Positions 57,692 through 64,000 of a DNA stretch of 64,000 bases are shown here, piece by piece; the first letter of the stretch is position 1; the number at the start of each line of letters is the position of its first letter. The stretch is from Candidatus Magasanikbacteria bacterium RIFOXYC2_FULL_42_28 (lineage in GTDB: Bacteria; Patescibacteriota; Patescibacteriia; Magasanikbacterales; GWA2-37-8). Made by a program: the position numbers and the translations under genes. The DNA is taken from assembly GCA_001784435.1 (NCBI GenBank), contig MFQZ01000010.1:18917-82916 (forward strand), read 5' to 3'. A model generated the notes under the pieces. That model worked only from the letters and a program-made list of their open reading frames with translations. It did no database searches and was not told the DNA's origin.

Positions 57692-57703
57692 GAATTGTTT
57701 TAT

Positions 57704-59851
57704 TTATTCGGCATCAGAAGCTTTTTTCTTTTTACCCCAACCGCCCTTGCGGGGCGCGCGCGCGACATAAGTCGGGCATTCTTTATTTTCGCATTTTATT
57801 TTACCGGCTGGAGTAACCGATAATAATCCTTGGCAGGACGGACACTTATCGCCATTCGGTTTATTCCAGAGCGCGAATTTACAATCCGGATATTTGTTGC
57901 AAGAATAAAAGATTTTGCCGAATCTACTGCGCCGTTCCAGCATTTCACCATCCGCGCATTTGGGGCAGTGAATATCAATTTTAATTTCCGGCACTTTTAC
58001 TTTTAAAATATATTTACAATCCGGATACCCCGAGCAAGCGGTGAACGCGCCAAATCGTCCCATCCGGCGTACCAGTGGTTTGGCGCATTCTGGGCAGGGC
58101 TCGCCGGTAGGCACCGCGCCGATATCGCTTTTCTTTAATTCTTCGTCTTTAATTGTTAAGTTGGCTTTAAATGGTCCGTAAAAATCCGCGATGAGCGGTT
58201 GCCATTCTTTTTTCCCATGCGCCACTTCATCAAATTCATTTTCCATTTTGGCGGTAAATTCCAAATCCACAATGTTCGGGAAATGTTTGACAAGTAAGTC
58301 ATTTACTAAAAACGCAATTTCTTTGGGCGCTAATTTTTTATTCGGATCACGCTCAACATAACCGCGATCTTCAATCGTCGCGATGGTAGGCGCGAAAGTG
58401 GACGGTCGGCCGATGCCGTGCAATTCCAAAACTTTAACCAAAGTCGCGTCCGAATAACGCGCCGGTGGTTCGGTAAAATGTTGTTCGGGTTTTAATTCGT
58501 CCAAATTTACCACTTCTTTTTCTTCCAGTCGTGGCAAAATATTTTCTTTGGTTCGTTCCGGGTATAATTTCAAAAAGCCGTCAAAATCAATCGTTGTGCC
58601 GGTAGCGTGGAAAGTGTATTTATTATTAGAAACAACATCCACGGCCAAGTTGGATAAAATCGCGTTTTGCATTTGGGTCGCGACTGCTCGGCGCCAAATT
58701 AAATCATACAGGCGATATTGATTATTATCTAAAAAGTTTTTGACAATTTCCGGCGTGCGGGCCACATCGGTTGGGCGAATTGCTTCGTGGGCTTCTTGCG
58801 CGTTTTTACTGCGATTGGTGTAGAAGCGGGGTTTTTCCATTTGATATTTCGCGCCGTAATCCGCGCCGATTAAAGCGTGCGCTTCAGTTAAAAATTTCTC
58901 AGCTAAATTGACCGAGTCAGTACGCATGTAAGTAATCAAACCGACTGAACCCTCGGAACCCAATTCCACACCTTCGTATAATTGTTGCGCCAAGCGCATC
59001 GTTTGCTTAGCGGAAAATCCCAAACGGCCATTGGCATCTTGTTGCAAAGTGGAAGTGGTAAACGGAGGAGCGGGCGCGCGTTTGGATTTCTTGGTTTCAA
59101 CAGAAGCCACTTGATAAGTCGCGCCTTTCAAATCAGTAACAATTTCTTGCGCGCGCTTTTCGCCGGTGATACTCATTTTTTCTAATTTTTCATCTGGCAA
59201 AGATAAAAGTTTGGCGTTAAAAGCCTCTTTTTTGTCATTGGAAAAAATCGCTTCAATGGACCAGTATTCTTCCGATTTGAAAGCCAGAATTTCGCGTTCG
59301 CGCTCAACAATCAAACGGACAGCCACGGACTGCACGCGTCCGGCCGACAATCCTTTGGTCACTTTGCGCCACAAAAACGGCGACAATTCATAGCCCACTA
59401 ATCGGTCCAAAATTCGGCGCGCCTGTTGCGCGTTCACGAGCGGCATATTGAGCGGTTGGGGGTGTTTTAGTGCTTCTTCAATCGCGGTTTTAGTAATTTC
59501 GTGAAATACGATGCGTTCAGCGTCAGTCGGTTCCACTCCTAAAATATTAGCCAAGTGCCAAGAGATGGCCTCGCCTTCGCGGTCCGAATCAGTCGCGAAT
59601 AAAATTTTATTGCATTTTTTGGCCGCGTCTTTTAATTCTTTGGCCACTTTTGATTTTAATCGGCTGACGACATAGCGCGGTTCAAAATTGTGTTCAATAT
59701 CCACGCCCATCTCATTTTTTGGCAAATCACGCACATGCCCGAATGAAGATTTAATGACAAAACCATCGCCCAAGAATTTGGTGATGGTTTTGGCTTTAGT
59801 GGGTGATTCCACGATAACGAGCGTGGTTCCGGTCTTTTTTGCTTTGGTCAT
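57704..59851 (-). CDS. topA: DNA topoisomerase I
   Basis: VIVESPTKAKTI, DREGEAI, SAGRVQS, LITYMRTDS and zinc ribbons. Confidence 0.98.
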   Translation of the reverse strand: MTKAKKTGTTLVIVESPTKAKTITKFLGDGFVIKSSFGHVRDLPKNEMGVDIEHNFEPRYVVSRLKSKVAKELKDAAKKCNKILFATDSDREGEAISWHLANILGVEPTDAERIVFHEITKTAIEEALKHPQPLNMPLVNAQQARRILDRLVGYELSPFLWRKVTKGLSAGRVQSVAVRLIVEREREILAFKSEEYWSIEAIFSNDKKEAFNAKLLSLPDEKLEKMSITGEKRAQEIVTDLKGATYQVASVETKKSKRAPAPPFTTSTLQQDANGRLGFSAKQTMRLAQQLYEGVELGSEGSVGLITYMRTDSVNLAEKFLTEAHALIGADYGAKYQMEKPRFYTNRSKNAQEAHEAIRPTDVARTPEIVKNFLDNNQYRLYDLIWRRAVATQMQNAILSNLAVDVVSNNKYTFHATGTTIDFDGFLKLYPERTKENILPRLEEKEVVNLDELKPEQHFTEPPARYSDATLVKVLELHGIGRPSTFAPTIATIEDRGYVERDPNKKLAPKEIAFLVNDLLVKHFPNIVDLEFTAKMENEFDEVAHGKKEWQPLIADFYGPFKANLTIKDEELKKSDIGAVPTGEPCPECAKPLVRRMGRFGAFTACSGYPDCKYILKVKVPEIKIDIHCPKCADGEMLERRSRFGKIFYSCNKYPDCKFALWNKPNGDKCPSCQGLLSVTPAGKIKCENKECPTYVARAPRKGGWGKKKKASDAE

Positions 59852-59904
59852 GGTTTTCTTCTATATATGTAATTAGCCCATAATACCCCAATTTGGGCAT
59901 TTTG

Positions 59905-61323
59905 TCAATTTTGGGCGGAAATTGGTCGCAATTGTCCGCTAAAGTAGATACTGCCGGTGACTAGCAAAATGTCGCCTGTGTTGAGGGTTTTGTGGATGGT
60001 TTTGTAGGCCTGGATGGGGTTTGGAGATGTTTTGATTTTGGTTTTTGGACAGTCAATTTTGAATAGTTTTGTAAGTTCATTTGGGCTGATTGCCGGTCGC
60101 GCGCCTGGGGCGGTCGTTTGGGAGCAGGTGATGGATATTGGTTTTAGAGTTGATAATTGTTTGACCATTTGTTTGATATTTTTGTCAGCGGAAAAGCCTA
60201 CTAATAGATGCAATGGTCTGTTTTGGCGAAGTTGTTTTAAAGTCGCGACCGTGGTTTTCATTTTATCCGGATTATGCGCGCCGTCTAGAATTATTAACGG
60301 ATTTTTGTGGACAATTTCAAAACGCAGTGGTTGTTTGGCATTTGCCAATCCTTTTTTAATCGCGCTGTCTTTTATTTTTAACGCACGTGCAATTTTAATA
60401 CATAAAATTGCATTGATTATTTGATGTTCGCCCGGGGCGGTTAAAGTGTAGGTTTGATTTTTGTATTTAAAGGTGGTGCTGTATTCGTCAACACCATTTG
60501 TCATCCCGAGCGAGGCTCGCGCCGACGAGGGATCTCCATTAGCGACCGATTGGGATGGAGATTCCTCACATTCGTTCGGAATGACAGGTGAGTGTCGTAA
60601 AATTTGGTAACGCGGTTTATTTATCGTAAATAATTTTGTATTGGTTAGTTTACATTCTTTTTTAATTATTTTTAAGATTTTCGGATCGGTTTCGGCCGTG
60701 AATACTTTGCATCCGGTTTTAATAATGCCAGATTTTTCATAAGCGATTTCTGATTTGTTGTTGCCGATAATTCCAACATGATCCAGTCCGATATTTGTAA
60801 TGACCGCGATATCTTTGTGGGGAATAATATTGCTGGAATCATACCGTCCACCCGCGCCGACCTCGGTTACTAGCCACTCCACTTTTTTATCAGCAAAATA
60901 TTTTAATCCCAGCGCTTCGGTAAATTCAAATAATGATAAATTATCGTAGGGTGTTTTTTTAGTGTAGATTTTATATTTATTTTTTAACCAATTTACCAAA
61001 AACGCAAATTCAGCACGCGAAATTTCGCGGTTGTTAATTTTCCAACGCTCGGTAATGTAGGTCGGGTGTGGGGAAGTGGATAGGCCAACGCGTTTACCCG
61101 AAGCAACTAAAATTGATTGTAAATAAGTCGCGACCGAGCCCTTGCCACTTGTGCCAGTGATATGAATATAATGGGGGATTTTACGTTCGGGATTGCCGAT
61201 TAAATCCAAAAAAAATTGCAGACGTTTTAAATACCAGTCGCAATGATTAGAGTCGGTCAAATATTCTTTGCGTGGGAGTTTGGCAAAATCCAGTAAGAAT
61301 TGTTCGGCTTCTTTGAAGTTCAT
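59905..61323 (-). CDS. folC: Folylpolyglutamate/dihydrofolate synthase, with repeat-derived insertion
   Basis: IHITGTSGKGSV, EVGAGGRYDSSN, TNIGLDH, ILDGAHN and TGSIY. Confidence 0.93.
   Translation of the reverse strand: MNFKEAEQFLLDFAKLPRKEYLTDSNHCDWYLKRLQFFLDLIGNPERKIPHYIHITGTSGKGSVATYLQSILVASGKRVGLSTSPHPTYITERWKINNREISRAEFAFLVNWLKNKYKIYTKKTPYDNLSLFEFTEALGLKYFADKKVEWLVTEVGAGGRYDSSNIIPHKDIAVITNIGLDHVGIIGNNKSEIAYEKSGIIKTGCKVFTAETDPKILKIIKKECKLTNTKLFTINKPRYQILRHSPVIPNECEESPSQSVANGDPSSARASLGMTNGVDEYSTTFKYKNQTYTLTAPGEHQIINAILCIKIARALKIKDSAIKKGLANAKQPLRFEIVHKNPLIILDGAHNPDKMKTTVATLKQLRQNRPLHLLVGFSADKNIKQMVKQLSTLKPISITCSQTTAPGARPAISPNELTKLFKIDCPKTKIKTSPNPIQAYKTIHKTLNTGDILLVTGSIYFSGQLRPISAQN
60499..60586. 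repeat. Two inverted RPE-like units inserted in frame in folC
   Basis: tgtcatcccgagcgag..gagggatctcc and ggagattcctcacattcgttcggaatgaca; encodes VIPNECEESP..GDPSSARASLGMT. Confidence 0.88.
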
Positions 61324-61365
61324 ACCAAAATTAAACCATCCCGACTTAGTCGGGATGGATTTTTT

Positions 61366-62025
61366 CTATTGTTTTTTTGTGGCTATTTCCGGCAGTTCCA
61401 ACGCCCATTTTTTTGTAGCCAATTCCAGTAATTTTTTACCGGCTAAATAGGTGAGCATGATGCCAATAGCCATTAAGCCGCGTTCTTTCCAGACCACTGG
61501 AATAAGTCCAATCCAGGCCACGGCCGGCAATTTTATAATGTAGGCAAATAGCACTCCACCGACAGCATGGGCGGTAAAAGTGGCGCCGAGCGCGCGGGCG
61601 ATGACAAATTTATCATGCCAAAAATAGGCGACCATTGGAATAAGCCAATACAAAGCGTAATACCAGGCCTCTCGTCCTTCTGGCGTTGCCCAAAATCCGA
61701 TCATTGCCACGGCTGGCACAAGTAAAATCGCACGGCTTTTTTTGGCAAAATATAGGGTGGCGAAAAGCATCGGGAACAGGCGGATGAGTGTGCCGGCGCT
61801 CGCGTCAAAGCCGTGTATGGCCCAGTTGACGAGTTGCATCACAAGCACGACGAGCACGCCCCAGATTGAACCCAAAAACGCGCCCATCACCGGCCCGTAA
61901 AAATCAAATAAAGTGAATTTTAAATTAACACCGACCATTTTGGTGAATGGTATTTGCATGATGATAAGGCCGAGGGCGATTAGGATGGCGAGGAGGAGAT
62001 TGTGTTTGATGTTTTTGGTGAACAT
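61366..62025 (-). CDS. Membrane protein resembling an ECF-transporter S component
   Basis: About six TM helices, ~220 aa, GPVMGAFLGSIWG helix motif; directly upstream of folC. Confidence 0.55.
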   Translation of the reverse strand: MFTKNIKHNLLLAILIALGLIIMQIPFTKMVGVNLKFTLFDFYGPVMGAFLGSIWGVLVVLVMQLVNWAIHGFDASAGTLIRLFPMLFATLYFAKKSRAILLVPAVAMIGFWATPEGREAWYYALYWLIPMVAYFWHDKFVIARALGATFTAHAVGGVLFAYIIKLPAVAWIGLIPVVWKERGLMAIGIMLTYLAGKKLLELATKKWALELPEIATKKQ

Positions 62026-62129
62026 AAAAAATAGATATTAAAATATTAAGATATTGGATATTGGACGATTTTTTACAACATAATTTTGTATTATATCTAT
62101 CGTTAATTTATCACAGTCGGCATTTTTGG

Positions 62130-63209
62130 TCAAATCCTCCCATAATTCGCTCCATCCATTTTTCTGATTACGCTTTTTAATTCTAACATCGTCAATAGTC
62201 CGTTGACTTCGTGGCTCGGCAGTCCGGCAGTTTGGATAATGGTATCAATATTTTTGGATTCGGTTTCTAACAAATTATAAATAATTTTTTCTTTGTCAGT
62301 CAGGAGTGGTAGAGCGGTTTGGGTAACTTCCGCTTCGGCGCTGGCGATGTTTAGCGTTTCTAAAATGTCATTGGCGCTTGCGGTTAAGTGCGCACCTAAT
62401 TTTATCATTTCGTTTCCGCCGGCGCCCTGTTCGGAATTGTAGAGGTGAGGCACGGCAAAAACTTCGCGGTTGTAATCAAGCGCCAGTCGCGCGGTAATTA
62501 AAGCGCCGGATTGGATGGGTGCTTCGACCACGAGTGTGCCGAGGGTTAGTCCGGCGATAATGCGATTGCGCATCGGGAAATTGGCTTTGGAAATAAACGC
62601 GTCCGGCGAATATTCCGAAAGCACGGCGCCCCCTTCGGCAATAATTTTTTCCGCGAGATATTTGTGGGTGGGCGGGGACACCATTTCGGTCGCGCAACAA
62701 GTGCCCAAAACGGCGATGGTAGTTCCTTTGACATCTAATGTGGCTTGGTGCGCCACGCCGTCAATGCCGAGCGCCAGGCCACTGACAATAACCACACCTT
62801 GCGTGGCCAATGCTTTCGTGAGTTCGCGCGCCGCTAATTCGCCGTAGGGGGTAGAGTGGCGTGTGCCGACGACAGCGACGGCTGGCCGTTCCCAATCGGG
62901 CAGAGTGCCACGATAAAACAGAGCGAGTGGGGCATCGGGAATTTGCCATAACAGCGGGGGATAGCCCGGGTCGGTAAGCGCGAGCGCGGAGAGGCCGTTT
63001 TTTTCCAGGGCGGTAATAATTTTATCAATGGAATTTTGTTCGCGCCAATTTAAATAATCAACAATGATTTGTTCTTCCCAACCCACCCGTTTTAAATCCG
63101 TCAATTCCCATTTTTGCCAATCCTCCAAATTCAAAAAGCCGCCTTTTAATTTGTTAAAGCGGCCACGGGAAAGTTTGGGGAAGTGGACGAGGTAGATGAG
63201 AGGGTTCAT
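62130..63209 (-). CDS. dprA: DNA-processing protein DprA
   Basis: YPPLL..IPDAP, AVVGTR, VSGLALGIDG, FPMRNRIIAG and SGALITA. Confidence 0.97.
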   Translation of the reverse strand: MNPLIYLVHFPKLSRGRFNKLKGGFLNLEDWQKWELTDLKRVGWEEQIIVDYLNWREQNSIDKIITALEKNGLSALALTDPGYPPLLWQIPDAPLALFYRGTLPDWERPAVAVVGTRHSTPYGELAARELTKALATQGVVIVSGLALGIDGVAHQATLDVKGTTIAVLGTCCATEMVSPPTHKYLAEKIIAEGGAVLSEYSPDAFISKANFPMRNRIIAGLTLGTLVVEAPIQSGALITARLALDYNREVFAVPHLYNSEQGAGGNEMIKLGAHLTASANDILETLNIASAEAEVTQTALPLLTDKEKIIYNLLETESKNIDTIIQTAGLPSHEVNGLLTMLELKSVIRKMDGANYGRI

Positions 63210-63241
63210 TGCGATAATTTTCAATTATCAATTTACAATTT

Positions 63242-63781
63242 TCAATTTAAAAGCGTGACAATTTTTTCAACGGCCGCTGCAATCATTTTTTCAACTATTG
63301 GTTTTTCTTCTTTGGTAAATTTTGCCAGTACAAAATCGGCCGTATCCATTTTTCCTAACATTTCTCCGGCTACGCCAATTCGTACGCGCGTAAAATTTTT
63401 GGTACCGAGTTTTTCAATGATTGAAATCACGCCATTATGCCCGGCCGGGCCACGATCGGCTTGAACGCGTATCGTGCCTAATGGCAAATCTTTGTCGTCG
63501 TGGATGACAATTAAATCAGTCGCCAGATTAAGTTTATGTTTATTAACAATATATTGAACGGTCACACCCGATTCGTTCATAAATGTTTGCGGTTTTACCA
63601 ATTCAATTTTTTCTTTGCCAACTAATTCGCTAATATACAAAGCACTGGCCTTGGAACTTTCCGACCATTTTTCGTCTAAGTTTAATGCCTTAACTAATTT
63701 GTCTAATACCAACCACCCGACATTATGGCGGGTATTTTCGTATTTTTTACCGGGATTGCCCAGGCCGACGATAAGTTTCAT
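63242..63781 (-). CDS. pth: Peptidyl-tRNA hydrolase
   Basis: LIVGLGNPG..TRHNVG, KPQTFMNESG, HDD and GHNG. Confidence 0.98.
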   Translation of the reverse strand: MKLIVGLGNPGKKYENTRHNVGWLVLDKLVKALNLDEKWSESSKASALYISELVGKEKIELVKPQTFMNESGVTVQYIVNKHKLNLATDLIVIHDDKDLPLGTIRVQADRGPAGHNGVISIIEKLGTKNFTRVRIGVAGEMLGKMDTADFVLAKFTKEEKPIVEKMIAAAVEKIVTLLN

Positions 63782-63793
63782 AAAATTTATTTT

Positions 63794-64000
63794 TTATTCT
63801 TCGGTTTCATCTTTATTTTTTTCTGGCGCATTCAATTGATTATTTAAAATTTCGTATTGCTCTATTAATTTTTTTGCTTCGGCGTTGATTTCATTTAATT
63901 CCGCCAAAATCTTGTTGATCCATTTTGCGGCTTGACGAATGCCATTTGGATTTTGTCGTAAGTTGTCGCCGGCGACCCAGTGATTGTCATATCCTTCAGT
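63794..64000 (-). CDS. 3' end of an unidentified gene (partial)
   Basis: Open frame TEGYDNHWVAGDNLRQ...LNAPEKNKDETEE* ending just before pth. Confidence 0.55.
   Translation of the reverse strand, partial: TEGYDNHWVAGDNLRQNPNGIRQAAKWINKILAELNEINAEAKKLIEQYEILNNQLNAPEKNKDETEE

Noticed and set aside
62026-62129. THF or other riboswitch ahead of the S-component-like gene
   Set aside because: The spacer is short and AT-rich with heptamer repeats; no aptamer-like structure is visible.

Overview
This is a housekeeping-rich segment of a Patescibacteria (CPR) chromosome, most likely class ABY1 (Magasanikbacteria-like). The taxonomic call is an inference from the missing rpmD/L30, a stand-alone tuf, near-consensus sigma70 promoters and typical CPR surface genes. 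Left to right the window holds: a de novo pyrimidine cluster (pyrB-pyrI-pyrC-OTC-like-pyrD); gatB; a complete dTTP operon; a divergent pyruvate-kinase/PEP-mobile-domain gene pair; rplA; a six-gene surface locus; rpsA; ftsH; a PilB/GspE ATPase; a GNAT-thrS unit behind a T-box; tuf; the S10-spc-secY-adk-map operon; yqgF, recO and asnS; an AbiEii-type toxin-antitoxin pair next to tRNA-Leu(CAA); parAB, rel, topA, folC, dprA and pth. Four observations stand out. (1) The surface locus reads as a donor-strand fibre (adhesin, pilin, DUF916-like protein, dockerin-bearing base) tethered by two membrane-anchored cohesins. (2) A GC-rich cassette of about 535 bp lies inside a long inverted repeat with its own promoter and terminator, and carries a lipoprotein-like gene frameshifted at a G7 tract. 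(3) A compact threonine T-box carries a palindromic element in its antiterminator loop. (4) Several palindromic repeat families fill intergenic spacers and have inserted in frame into pyrC, gatB and folC. All calls come from reading the sequence by eye; no database searches were run.
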